Part shown: in pieces, positions 14,748 through 29,247 of the stretch
Layout: each line of letters begins with the position of its first letter
Numbering within the stretch: position 1 is the stretch's first letter
Program-made: the position numbers and the translations under genes
Assembly: GCA_003344405.1 (NCBI GenBank)
Contig: NOWV01000209.1
Span: 1 to 64,000 of the forward strand
DNA: 64,000 bases
DNA from: Trichoplax sp. H2
Taxonomy: Eukaryota
Direction: 5' to 3'
Notes under the pieces: model-generated
Database searches by the model: none
What the model was told of the DNA's origin: nothing
What the model saw: the letters and a program-made list of their open reading frames with translations, nothing else

Positions 14748-17700
14748 TTATGATATATTTTCATTCTCATGAACTGCAGTCATCGCACCTTCTCCTAGCA
14801 TCTCAATTTCATCAAGAGTAAAATCCATATCTTCAAATGTTGTATCATAATTAATCAAAATCATACGAAAAAAGTTTACTTTATCATCCACTGGTTGGTA
14901 ATTCACCATCATCGATCCCTTTTTAGTCATACCAGCTTTAATTTGAGGTGCTAACTATTGTATAAATTAATTATAAATTCTTTATTAACAATCCCAAAGT
15001 AAATATTAATTCACTAAATATTTAAAAAATTATCATTAAAGATTAAGGTAAACAAAAATTGAATTATTTTCATATAGAGTATATCATCCTATATTCTATA
15101 AAATAATTCTGTTCCTATATATGTAGGTGCCCCTATGGGTATTACTTTGATTAAATGCATGCAAGAGAGATGCGAGCTAAAGTTATACGGTACATCATTC
15201 TATCTTATTACTTTGCTTAACTTTGTTTTCTTAATTTCGTTGTCTGGTAAATTCCGTATGGCTTTAGGAATATACCAAAAGCAAACATTTACATATGTCG
15301 GCTATTTATAGTAAGAAAAACATTCCATTAATGATAGTTCATGGAACGTTAGCTTCTTAATTGATGACTTAACCTCGAGTCTGAGTACAGGGAGAAAGCT
15401 ACTCACTTGATGAACTAATTCAAAGCCTTCACGATTTTGAATTTTCTCTATTAGATAGCTAGAGTAATCGATTCAAAGTAACTTTATAATCGTAGATAAC
15501 TTAAATATTAACAATTAGCTGCAATATTCTTAAGAAAACATTATTATTTTAATACATAGCTGCATCTAATTAAATAATTGATTCTTTGCTCACTTAGCTA
15601 GCTCATAAGCGTGATGAAGTTTCTTAGCAAAACCTTCATCTCCCTGATTATTTCAAAACGAAAATAGATCAAAAGAGTGTGATCACTTTTAATTAAAATA
15701 GAAGCTTTTATAACTACATTCTAATCTTGAATTATGTTGTCCTATTCAAATTAAACATAAATAGTCTTAAAACCTTTCCTTTCCACATTAGCCATATTTT
15801 CATAGCGTCAATTCGACGACCACATTGAATGGTTTTATTTCCCGTATCGTAGGATACATCGTAAGTCAATTTATCTTGTTGAAAAAGGTACGATACTGGA
15901 TCTCCATTACATTCTTGCAATTTTCCCTGTTAAAATGGCCAAGCAATTAGTCAATTTCCTTTAATTTTAGTCCACATCTACAGCTTTATATATTCGTTTT
16001 ATTTAGCATTATTAAATAATGCATTTCTTCATTTTAACCACTTTTAAACATTAGAATCAATCTCATAATAATTATAATAGCTATATAAAGGAAATAATTA
16101 TAATAAAGCTATTCTGACCTACCTTTTCCCTAGTTAAAAATGCAGAGCACTGAAATGGACATCCCATAAACTTATGTGCATTCCAAGTTATAGAATCTGC
16201 TTGATGAACACCCTTCATCAGATATCGCTTTCTATCTGAAAATAGAACAACGCCACCCCAAGAAGCATCAATATGAAACCATATATCATATTTTTGGCAT
16301 AGATCAGCAATTTCCTCCAAAGAATCAAATGCACCATAAACTGTAGTACCACATGTAGCATTGACCATAATCGGTATGATATCCTAATTGATATCGTACA
16401 ATAAATTTTTTTTATGTATTCTTCCATCTATAATACTATATAATCGTTATTGATAAATAGTAACTACAATATATTATGTTGTACTTGTAGCTAGTAGGGC
16501 ATGCATTAGTTCGATCTATTACCATATATAGTATTAGCTATCGTTCGTAATATCTACAGTTAATTGAAAATTCTTGCTATGTGGTTTGCGTTAATTCGAC
16601 ATGACCTGAATTTTGTGATTGGTTATGATTATTTATAGCATTTTACAAATCTATGTTTTACGCTTTTTAATTTTATGTGTTCATTATGGGCTGTATATGT
16701 ATATTAATTAATTTACTTTTTTTTAAACTTGCAATTACATTGCATTGTAAGTGTGAACGCTGCGCGCATATATATTGCCATTTTTCAATCAATAAAGGGA
16801 GAGTAGGAGTACATAGTTAGCTTTAAATAACTTTAACTACTTGTTCAATTTACTGTCTCTCACGCTGGTAGGAAGTAATATGAACTTTCAAAACGATTCC
16901 ATGTATTAATTCTAGATAGCAATACACAACAGTAACTTCGAGTGAGTGTAAAACATATATCCTAGAATAAATTTCTGCAATAAAATATAACCGACTGAAT
17001 CCGATTGTATCAGTTACACTGTGAACCATAGACTACTTTAGCGCTATTTTAAAGACTCGTAAATAATAGTTATAGACGGATACCATCTATATAAAACAAT
17101 CATATATTATATTGTATAATCATTATTAGTAAATATTAATCGTGAGTGAGTGCAAAGCATATATTGAAGAATATGTTTCTGCAATAAAGTTATAAATAAC
17201 CGAATCCAATCACATCACTTTCTTTGCAAGTCATGGACTGCTTTGGCACTATTTAAAATACTCGTAAACAATAATTATACTCGGATGCCATCTTTGTGGA
17301 AGCAATATGAAACAATCTACCTCTTCATTGATTGTCAATTTCCTTTTCATTCAATACAACTAGGATAACCATACTCATAAATCCACTTACTAACATATCG
17401 GAAAGCTATAAACTTGACTGTAAATTAGGCACATTTAAATGACTAGACATGCCAGCTATAAGTTACAGTGATTGTGCCCATGATTTTTTATTATTTCTTG
17501 TCTCATATACTATAATTATATCGCCAGTCTAATTATCTGATCACATCAATTAAGACTTACCTGTGATAAAAGGCCTTTAATTTTATTTTCTAAATCAGAA
17601 ATAGACATCCGGCCTCTACAAAATATGAGTAGAATTACACCATGTATTTAAAATGTGATAAAAATACCGTACAATTTTAAATATAGAAAATAAAATATAA

Positions 17701-20700
17701 ATTAAGGATTTACATTCAGATAGATTGAGATAATCGATTTAAGTAAGATATTCAAACTTACTCTGAATCACAATTTACTTGAAAGACATTATCCTGTCCC
17801 AAGCCCATAAAATTAACTCCTTTTCGAAACGAATAATGACTCTAAAAAAGGATAACGAATCCGGCAAATGAAGCTAAAAGTTAGCTGACAATGGACAATG
17901 CGATACTAAATCAGTACTAATGAATATTACGAGACTCTAGCATACATGATTAGATGTCAAGACTGCCATCCTAGGCAATGAATAAAGTCCTTTTGACTTC
18001 GATTCTGGAAATTTACTTCAATTCAAATTGAATAAAGTAATAGTAAATAATCCTTAGTAAAAATTAATAATATTCATTCAAGTATCTATAGCATGATGGC
18101 AGTATTTATCCAAATCCCTCCACATACCGATATCTTGCAAGGCTAATGGCAAACATATTGGACAATGATCCACCTAAGAAGGTAAAAACAGTAAATTTTA
18201 TACTAGTGCAATGCATATAGCAAACTTTGCATTGGTAACATTGTTATTACTCATATCTGTTAGATATTATTTTTTATTGCATGTATAAGTAAAATTTCTG
18301 CCATACATATTGCCGTAATGTAATCAATATAGTTTTTCTTTGCATAGAATGAATTTGATTGTACTAATTTGCAAGTATTCAATGCATTCATTCTAGAATA
18401 TAATATTTATTTAGATCGCTACCTGGAGCAAAAACACCATCTCCGTCATGGAAACCGATTAGTTTTCGCATACGCTTCAAGACAGCATCTTCCATTAATA
18501 GAAAAACGGGAGCAATTTCATAAGTTGCCCTGCATAAATCGAGCAAGTAACTTACATTACATATAGATCACTTTAAATTTATTTAATGATCTTTATAACT
18601 TAATCGCAATTCATTCTACTGCCGCTTTTAGTAGTTGATTGTATCGCTAAAGAATTATCCTATTTCAGATGATGAGACTAGTTCTTACATATTTGTGCTG
18701 GTTGCGGTTGCTAACCACTCGCCACAAATACTAACAACATCCATACCACTATAGAGTTGATTGTAAAATCGTGAATGGCCTACCAGTGAAAATAACTGTC
18801 TTTCACATTTAATTAAACAATTAAACTAGATATATTAATGTACGCAGTATAAATGAAATTTTCTATTCTAATACAACCTATAGTATTGAAGTTAAGAAGA
18901 TATACCAATACAAATTACGGAATATCAAAATTATTCTACCCGTTTTTGCACAGTATTGTAGTGTTTGACGACAGTATCCCATTAAAGCTGCTAAATTTTC
19001 GGGTTTTTCTTCCAAATCAAAGTTAATTAGTTCATTTAATTCATGAGGTTCCTTGAATTCTATCACTTTCTGACTCCGATCATGGCAATTTTTCATATAC
19101 TTGATTATGATGTTTACCATAGCATGTACAAAATCTTCGAGATAAGGATTTTGATTGAAATTTTTTTGAATCTCTGTAATGGAGAAAAAATACTCTCAGC
19201 AAATGATTGAAACTGAGATTGAAACAATGATAGTATTAATTTGTTAATATGTTATTTATCTTGTGCAAGATTGCTATAAAATTGTTCAATAGGTAACTAC
19301 CGTAAGCTATCAAGGTAGAAAGACATTTTATGGAAGTAGTTTGGGTTATTTATGAAATTCTTTCCTGACTAGATGTCACTAGCGTAGAATAACAAGAACT
19401 ATTGAATTTTTAAAAATTGGTGAAACATTTGTGACGCCATAATATATAATGCAGTCTATGACCAAATCATGTTGTTCGAAGAAGCGCTTTTACAACTTTA
19501 ATCTACACTAAAGTTTTTGACTTTTGACCTATAAATATGAAAGTCTTAAAAGTCTACCAAAAATTTCTCCGTAAACATTTTACATTGGTAACTTGCCAAG
19601 TATTTAGAACTATTTATCATTGCAAACTACGTATTTATAACGTTAATCGAGTCACTGCTGCTTTAGTAAATTTCATTGTTTGGACTATAAGATCGGAAAG
19701 CCTATCAACCTATGAAAAAATTTCTTTTTATTTACTTTCACGGCTAATAGTATTCAGATATCGTGAATTTACTACTGCCACAGACAGATTATGGTACTGG
19801 CAGCCCTACTACAAATTTTGCTTTCTAAACAAGACAAAGATTCGGTAAGGCTGAAGTCCATACATTTTCATGTTACTAATCGATGATATATCCAGCACTT
19901 TGATTTGTATATGAATGTTGAGATAACTATCTAGAAATATGTTGATATTGATACATCTCTGTTTTACCTATTTTAACAGATAACTGCACAGTTGTATTAT
20001 TCTATCTATTAACTGATGATTAATATTTATGTCGATTTACTATGAATTGACTAACTTTTCAATAAAGTCTAGCTTCAGTTTTATCTAAGTGATACTAGTG
20101 GAGTTACTGTTCCTCCCAACGATAGAAGATGGTCAGTATTTAGAGTTGTACTATAGGTAGACATTAGAAGACAGATCTAATAGTAGACTGATGGATTTAT
20201 TTTCTTGTAATAGTACAATTTTCTGGCATTACAAGCTTAGATTTGCAACAGTATCTTATGGTAAGTTTCTGATTTTACGGTGCTTTGACTAAATGATGAT
20301 GAACTTCCATTGCAATAAATTCTGCAGGAGGGTAATCAGATTAACGAATCATGTATTTGCTCAATTTGAAACAAAGACATAGATTATTAACCGCTTATGG
20401 CCATACTGGTACTCGATCATTATTCCAATTTAATGAAATTGATTGAAAAATCTTGTTCTACGATTAGTTACCAAATCGTAAGATAAATGAGTCTGATCCT
20501 TATTGAATGATGCCATTCGATGTTTCAAATCTTCAATTACTGTACAACATGTTGACGTACATAAAGTCTAGTTTATCATTTTTACATCAATTATAATTTA
20601 CTAATTAGCTGTTTAATCCCGTTTCATGAATCATATTCAAACTGAATATTGACTTACCATCATCGTACAGGTGTTGAAATTTAGAATCCATCAATTCATT

Positions 20701-20715
20701 GAAGGAAGTGTCCAT
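14748..20715 (-). CDS. PLP-dependent acidic amino acid decarboxylase (GAD/CSAD/GADL1 family), copy A, 14 exons
   Basis: Spliced translation: [82 protein letters not shown] (PLP lysine)..YLFQQDK..QCGRRID..NFFRM..ENIS*. All introns are GT-AG and the frame is continuous. Confidence 0.93.
16940..17310. repeat. Diverged two-copy tandem duplication (period about 205 bp) in an intron of copy A
   Basis: gagtgagtg..tttctgcaataaa..gaatcc..actcgtaaa..ccatct occurs near 16940 and again near 17144. Confidence 0.75.
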
Positions 20716-21054
20716 AACTCCAACTTGTTATAACCAGTGTTCTACTAAGCTGATGTTATAAATCTAAATTGGCCGGACAAAAAACCACTCTAAGCCAGTC
20801 TACACTTTTACAAGTCGAAATATGGTTTATTTGGCTTAAACCAATCGTAAAGTGATAACTTGTTAAATTATTGCCAATAAGGCGTTACCATATGGACGTT
20901 ACAGAAACTTCTTCGAACTGTATTTATTACCGGTAATGACATCTGATTTTTAGAATTGCAAGCTACTCAAAACAATATTTTCGGCGCCTCATTAACGCAC
21001 TTATGCATCCTTTTTCCACATTATTTATAGTTATAATTTATGCTAATGTAAACA

Positions 21055-21327
21055 CATCAATGCTTCAAACTATATTTTACTAACCTATCGTCACACACCA
21101 CTAGTGACAAAGTAGTCTACACACGCCAATCCTTGCGGAGAACGCCACTTACTAACTTAAAGAGGCGAGATTAGCTATATCACCAAATAATTCAGTTCCA
21201 ACAACCGAATACTATGGTATAATTATAGCGTCACAGATGATGTAGACGAGCTAGTCAGAGATTTACTATCATTTATTACTGAAGGAATCTTGGCATCAAT
21301 GCTTCAAACTATATTTTACTAACCTAT
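21055..21327. repeat. Perfect 34-bp direct repeat flanking 205 bp
   Basis: catcaatgcttcaaactatattttactaacctat at 21055-21088 and 21294-21327. Confidence 0.9.
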
Positions 21328-21644
21328 GCTAGTCGCATTGAAGCCAGCTATTCAGCTGACAGCGGAATTGTCTACGGTTTATTTATTCGAGAATAAATAC
21401 TTCACAAATAATCCACGCTCATTATTATGCAAAATTTTCTCCATATTTTATCTTTTATAAGCCAGAAATTCTTTTGTGCGATTGGGATAATGAAGGATAG
21501 TCTTGAATTGGATAGTAAAACAACTTTTTCATTCATAATCCAAAGACGAATCATCAGTATATAATAACTTCGCAACCGTTAAACCTAATTAAATAGCAGC
21601 TAATTTCAAGAGAACTACCGGTATTGATTCAGCCCATTACAAGC

Positions 21645-22355
21645 CTATTTCTTCCCATAGATAATGATACACTATATCTGCAGTGATCTGTCATAAAAAT
21701 ATATCATTCTTAAGAGGATAAATAATCTAATCCTTCTACAAATCAATCTCTTCCCATAGACAGTGATACAATTTATCTGTAGTGATCTATGATAAAAGCA
21801 GCTCATTCTTCACAAGAAAACCAACTCAGTCCTTTTACAAATCAATCTCTTCCCAAAAGCAATTATGCGATCTATCTGCTGCAGTCAAGTCTACGAGAAA
21901 AGCAACTAATTCACCAGTGGAATACTGATATAGTCCTGTTATAATCAATTTCTTTAGGTAATGTTGGGATCTATCATTTGCGGTCAACTCTGCGGCAAAA
22001 GTAGCTCATTCTTCAGAGAATAACCAATTCAGTCCTACAACAAATCGATCTTTCCCCAAAATGCAATTATGCAATGCATCCACATCTGCCAAGCTTTCGA
22101 TTAAAGCTACAAATTCTCTGGATAATTACTGACTTAGTTCTTTTACAGCTCAATGTCTTCCTAAAAACAATTATGCATTCCATCCATAATACTCTGGGCT
22201 ACGGTAAAAGAATTAATTCTATAGTGGATTACTGATTCAGTGCTCCTAAAAAAAATCTCTTCCCAAAGCAATTATCTGACCTATCTATCTCTAGCGGTCA
22301 AGCCCACAGTTAAAGCGGCTACTTCAGTAAAGAAATAAGGATTCAGTCCATCTAC
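21645..22355. repeat. Degenerate tandem array, about 7 units of 99-105 bp
   Basis: cttccc(a/t)aa..caattatg..aaagcagct..cagtcc recurs near 21651, 21750, 21849, 21951, 22051, 22157 and 22259. Confidence 0.8.
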
Positions 22356-23645
22356 ACTAAATGTAGCAAAAATAGCTCATATATGACAGGATGAGATGGC
22401 TAAAATGTTATAGTTTGCACTACTTAAGATTATACACGTGTACATTATTATGAATGTAGAAATTTTATAAGTTAGAGTAGTTATGTACTTTTGAAAGTAA
22501 GATTGAGGAGAGTTGGACTGATATGAAGAGAAGAATATAGAGAAGTTTGAAAAGCCATTTTATATTTAATTTTCTTTTGATGTTTTCTATATTCGGTTCA
22601 GCTCTTCTCAATCTAAATCACGAGTAGTATTTATTAATAAACCTAGCTTAAAGTATCGTATTAAAAAATCGGTTTAACGTAATGAAGTAATTACAAATCT
22701 GGCAGCTATGATGAAATGGAGCCCTCATCCTATTCGTATTACAGTATGAAATAATTACTTGTACAGAGACAATTATATCAGGGCATCAGTAAACTAATAG
22801 GCTTCAAAATTTAAGAACATAACAATTTGACAAGCTTACAGGGTGATATGTCCTTCTCTACATTTTTTCCAGCTATCTAACGTCGATTTACCACAAAGTA
22901 AATTTAAATTTTCTTTTAGTACTAGCACATTTACTCTACAGATTTCTATAGATTTATTTATCAAGCAGCTTCCAAAATCTTCCTTACAAACACGATACCT
23001 GTATAGATTTACTTATCAAAGCAGTTCCAAATTTTATCTTACAAGCACAATAACTACTCTATTGGTAGCTGTTTCTTGTGAATAAATTTATTATAATCTA
23101 TATAGGTTAATGTTTGCTTATATATAACGTGCATATAAGATGTTTGTATTCAACGTACAACTGTGAGTTAAATGGTTTTTCCATGCTGAACTAATTCAAT
23201 AAAGTTGTGCTCCAATATAATGCTATGCAGATATCTCTACATTATTATAGTAATGTTGAGGTAGATTGGTATAAGAGAATTAAGAAATTGTAATTAATAG
23301 CTAGTAACATAACCACTCATTAATTGTGGATGTGAAAGAAACTATAATAAATTCTTTTTAGCAAATAATCATTCATTAATTTCTTCAACTCATTGCTAGA
23401 GGTTCTATGTGTAGAGTTTGCATATTATAGAAAAAATATTTTTGTAATACAGCACAAAATAAATAATGTGCATACTATCCAATGATCAGATCAGATAGCA
23501 AAACTTAAAACTTCGATTAAAATACTGAAGTTTAATAGTAAAAACTATAATCCAACTGATAGCAATAAAGCCTAGTAAATTAAATTATTAGATTTTATGA
23601 TTAAATCATTTAAGTCTTCATTAAGTAATAATCAGATCTGTAAAT

Positions 23646-26600
23646 TTAAACCTTAACAGCTTCTCCTAGTGTCTCAATTTCATCGAGAATAAAGTCCATG
23701 TCTTCAAGCGTCGTATTATAATTTATTAAAATCATACGAAAAAAGTTTACTTTATCATCTACTGGTTGAAAACCCACCATCATTGATCCTCTTTTGGTCA
23801 TTCCAGCTTTAATTTGTGGTGCTACCTGTTGTATTAAGAAAGTACGGATACAAGAAAATCTTTTTGAAAAATGTCCTGAATAAATCGAGATATCTTTGAA
23901 AAAAGCAACACCCTCCAAATTACTTAGAGCATGATATAAGACCATTCACATGTCAATACATGGAAATACAGTTACGTGAAGCATATCAGAAGACGAATTA
24001 TAGCGATTAGCTATCATCTTACTTTGCTTAATTTTGCTCGCTTTATTTCGTCGTCTGCCATATCTCGTAAAGCTTTGGGAATATACCAGAAGCAAACATT
24101 AAGGTACATGGGCTAATTAAGAAAAGAAAAATACCTTATTTATAAACAGACATGCAATAAGAGCTCGATTGTCAATCTTCTAGTCCAAGCACAAATAACA
24201 GAACCGCTTACTTGATGAACCAATTTAAAACCTTCGCGATTTCGAATTTTCTCGATTAAGTAACTAGAAAAATAGATGAAAATAGCTCTTGTAATCGTAG
24301 ATAGCTTAATATTATATTTAAAGTGCGATATTATTGATATAACATTTCAAATTATAGAAAAATTTCTAGTAAAAGATCAATTTTATTCCCCTACTTGGCA
24401 AGCTCGCAAGCATGATTGACTTTCTTAGTAAATCCCTCGTCTCCCTAATTGTTATATATCGAAATCTTTCAGTAAGGCATAATCAACTTTAGCTCGATTA
24501 AAAGCTGCTGCAAATTGAATCTAAGATCTGAATTATTATTATCCTATCGATTGTAATGTAAATTCCTTTCAACCTTTGCTTTCCACATCAGCCATAGTTT
24601 CATAATATCGATTCGGCGACTACATTGAATGGTTTTATTTCCTGTGTCATAAGATACATCATAAGTCATCTTATCTTGTTGGAATAAATAAGGTGCCACA
24701 ATTTCATTACATTCTTGCAAAATCCCCTATAGAAATAGTCAAGCAATTAATCAGTTTTATTTCCGTTAACTTTGATTCATCTGTATAATCTTATAAATTT
24801 GCTTCATTAAATAAAGTAAATTATCTACTTTTCTATTTGCATCTTTTGGTAAGAATAGCATCAATAATACAGGTGCTGTTTATATGGGGAAAAAACTGTG
24901 AATCTGCATATGATTATATTTGAATATTGGCTGGATAGCGTGAACTAGATTTATGTAAAATTTTGGAATTCTTTTAAATTTCAGAAGACAGGTTACAAAT
25001 TTAGCATGGTTATATTTCCTAATAAGAGAATTTAAATTTTTAACATTTATTTGTAATATTAGGGCAAATATAATTACAGCTTTACTCTCAGATGAACAGT
25101 TAAAAGGAACAGGTTAAATGATTTGTTGGCTTCATGGCAATGTTAAGCACTACAAAACTATAAAGCCTTATTAGACAATTAGCAGTCAAAATTATAAAGC
25201 TACAAGAGTTATTATTTTATGATTGGGTAAATTAAAAATGCGTATGATAGTTTCTACATTACGAACATATCTGTGATAGTACAAACTGCATATGATATTA
25301 TCATAACTACAGTCTTGATAATATTAAAATAATGGTTCTCTAAAATATCTCTATCTTAACACGGTGAATCACGGTAAAATAATTCAGAGTTCCTGAATTA
25401 CCTTAGTTTTGGTTAAAAGTACGGAGCATAGAAATGGACATCCCATAAATTTATGTGCATTCCAAGTCACAGAATCAGCTCGATGTACACCTTTCATAAG
25501 ATGTCGCTTCCGATCAGAAAATAGTGCAGCACCACCCCAAGAAGCATCGACATGAAACCATATATCATATCGTTGACATAGATTAGCAATTTCATCCACA
25601 GGATCAAATGCACCATAAACTGTGGTTCCACATGTAGCAGTGACCATAATTGGTACAATATCCTAATTGATATCAATTAATAACAGATATTTTATCGGTT
25701 CTGTTGGATATTTTATATAAGCCTCATAAGTACTTTACTCCACTAACATTTAGTTTATATCGTAAAATTAACTCCAGGAATAAATTATATGTTATCGAAT
25801 TTCCCTGGTAGTGATTACTTTTGCAAATCAGGCAGATCAAACCGTAGACTACTTAATCACTATTTGAAAGTAGATAATCATCATACTCTAAGTATTGTGA
25901 CGTCCATTTGAAAGCAAGGCATTTTTTTATAAATATCAAATTAAGAAATTATCTCTAGAAACGAACATCAATAAACAAAATAGACTCATGTTACAATCGT
26001 AAGAGAGCGATTTAGCCTCAAAATTGCTTATAAATGTGTAGATATGCGAACAATATGTAGTATTATTTTCTTCCCTAATTAATTTTATAACTATCGACTA
26101 CATGATGTGCTATAGCTGAATCATCAATTTATTGAAGCAATCATATACATAACTTAAGATTAACCTGTGATAAAAGGTGGACAATTTTGTCTTCTAAATC
26201 GCAAATTGACATACGACCTCTGCAATTTACAAGTGAAATTATGTCATTTATAAAGTAATATATGTGATTTCAAAATATAAAATATAATAACTCCATTATT
26301 GCATCTATAGCAAGATAGAAACGAGATAACAGATTAAAGCAAGATGTTAGAACTTACTCTGAATCGCAATTTACTATAACGGCATTTTCTTGCCCCAAAC
26401 CCATAAAATGAGATCCTTTTTGAAACGAATAATGACTCTATAGGATAAAATATTAGGCATAACAGCTTAAAGTTCAATCTATAATAAACAATTTAACTAG
26501 TACCGCTAACGGTTGAAAGACTGTAACATACATGATTGGATGTTAAGACCGCCATCCTAGGCAATGAAAAAAGCCCTTTCAACTTGGATGCTGGAAATTT

Positions 26601-29247
26601 TCTTTAATTTAAAGTAATATATCAATAGAAGATCATACCGAATAAGCATCAATAATGTTCATCCGCAATTAAATTCTTTTAAATCATCCTACATACCGAT
26701 ATCTCGCCAGATTGATGGCAATCATGTTGGATAATGATCCACCTAAAATAGTAAACATGATCTTCGTATTGAAGCCTTTCATAATTCTCAAGAAGTCCTT
26801 TCAAAGAGTATCGTTATTCTTAATAATATTTACTAGATGTTACTCTATTGCTTATTCAATATTGCCGAGATTGTATAGCAATTTATGCGGGAGCGCTAAA
26901 TCTTTTGTCCCATGCAACCTATCTAAACTATGATATTTGTTAAACCTCCACCTGGTGCAAAGATACCATCTCCATCATGGAAACCAATAAGTTGTGTCAT
27001 ATGCCTCAGGACAGCTTCTTCCATTAATAGAAAAGTAGGAGCAATCTCATAAGTTGCCCTATATAAAATTTAAAATAAATTAGATATAATCCGTAAATCC
27101 ATTTGAAGTTATATAGTATTTCCTCCTAGAATTGGCTTATTTTTGACTTTAATAATTATCAATCAAGTGGCTAAGAATCTTTAGGTTAGGATCGTAGAGC
27201 CTAAATCTTACATGTTAGTGCTAACTGTAGCCGCTAGCCATTCACCACAGACACTAACCACGTCTATACCACTGTGGAGCTGATTATAAAATCGTGGATG
27301 CCCTAAAAGTAGAATTAATTGTATTTACGAGTATGCTAATTCAAGCTCATATAAAAAATTTCTACTGGCAGCTTTGCGAAATATCCGATATTATATTTCA
27401 GATTAGCATTTGTAAGAATTAGGTAGTAAACGATTGAATATCAAATAGCTTACCAGATTTAGTGCAATAATGCAATGTCTGGCGACAGTATTCCATTACA
27501 GCTGCCATACTCTCTGGCTTTTCTCGTAATTCAAAGTTAATCAATTGCTTTAATTCACCTGGTTCCTTGAATTCAATGACTTTCTGACTACGATCATGGC
27601 AATTTTTCATATGCTTGATTAAAATGTTGACCATAGCATGTACAAAGTCCTCGAGATGAGGATTTTGATGAAAATTTTTCTGAATTTCTGTAATAGAGAG
27701 AAAAGATCATGTCAACAAATAATTAATCAGAAATGAGGTCAGCACGATCATAGTAGGAAGCTGATAGGGTGCAATTTACTTCATTCATGATTTATGTAGT
27801 TGTATAAATTTTCCATTTGATAGCTAGCAATCAAGTTCAGAAGATATTTCATATAAGTTAATGAGATTATTTGTAAAATTAGTTACTGCATTCGATGTCA
27901 TCAACATAAGAAAATAATTTGTAGCTATTCACTTAATGATTATACTGTGCAATTAGCTCATCTATCATTCTACAGTATATCGATTAATATATTTTCAAAC
28001 GGAGATACGAGTTTTAAAAACTTACACGTAGGCTATAATCTAGTTAGGTTATTCGAGAAGTTTGCTGTATAAAGTCAATCTTTAATAGTATTTTTCACCT
28101 ACGGACTGCAAAATAAGGAAGTTTTACTAACCCACAAGAAGTCTCTTCGCTTATTTTGATTAGTTATGTTTAGCGATATACAGTATATCATTCGAAACTA
28201 AGCGTTTGTAAAATTAATCGAGTCAATACTAGTATTTTACTTTGAAACTATACGTAGATAGGAAAGCCTCTCAGCTTATGAAAACCATTTACTTTGTCAA
28301 CAATCCAAACTTCGCCTAATACGCAAGATGAGAACTCGAAAATACTTTAATTTAAATATTGTTATCTTCGTTTAACCAATGCTGTAGATGATATGTATGA
28401 TTTTACAATAATTTCTTCCTTTAGCAAGTTTGACTCAGTTCCTACCGACTGTTGATATAGTAAATGCAATATGTATGAAATATTAAATCTTAGTTCAGTT
28501 TAACGATAGAATTAAAGTTTTACTATTTAAAGACAGCGCTCCCCACTAGCTTTACTTTAGTAGCTTTATAATTGGGAACTTATTGTAAGCTATTTGTACG
28601 CATTTTCTATTACGACGTTAAAGTCAATCACTGGTATGATATTATGCCAAGATACAGCTGCCATGAATGCTTGAAAACTAGCATAACTTTGAATTGTAAT
28701 TAGAAATAGGTATCTTCAATAATAGCTACATTACATGTATCTTTAACCTTAGGATGCTACTACTGTTCATTGTCATGTCAAAATTAATCAAGTAGATAAA
28801 AAAATTGCTCTATTATTTTCTAAACTGTATGATCAATCAGTTTGATTATTATTTAGTGATATTTTTAAAGCTTTCAAATCTTTATCAGTCATAATATCGA
28901 TAATTGCTTATGGCCTTAACATGCATACGTACAGTATATACTATAAGCGATTTTTCCAGTATCAATAACTAATTTGATTCATTGTTTATCTATAGTATAC
29001 GAGTATATTACGGCTATTACCATTACTAGAATCAGCTCTAGAAATCATAGAAACCAATCTTAAGAATCAGATCTTTCTTAAATCTTGGCAATAACCATAA
29101 CATACTCGTATACTCGTATACTATGTATAGATAAAACTTTAGTATTCAGTTCATCTAATTCCATAAACTAAAGCTAAATTATGGCTCACCGTCATCGTAA
29201 AGATGTTGAAATTTTTGATCTACTAACTCTTGGAAGGAATTATCCAT
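23646..29247 (-). CDS. PLP-dependent acidic amino acid decarboxylase, copy B, 14 exons
   Basis: [82 protein letters not shown]. Same intron positions as copy A. Confidence 0.93.

Noticed and set aside
19537..19848. 103-aa + strand ORF
   Set aside because: Antisense within intron 1 of decarboxylase A, with AT-rich composition and no motif.
24830..24915. Possible decayed duplicate of the PLP-lysine exon in a copy B intron ([13 protein letters not shown])
   Set aside because: Similarity is too weak to tell from chance by eye.
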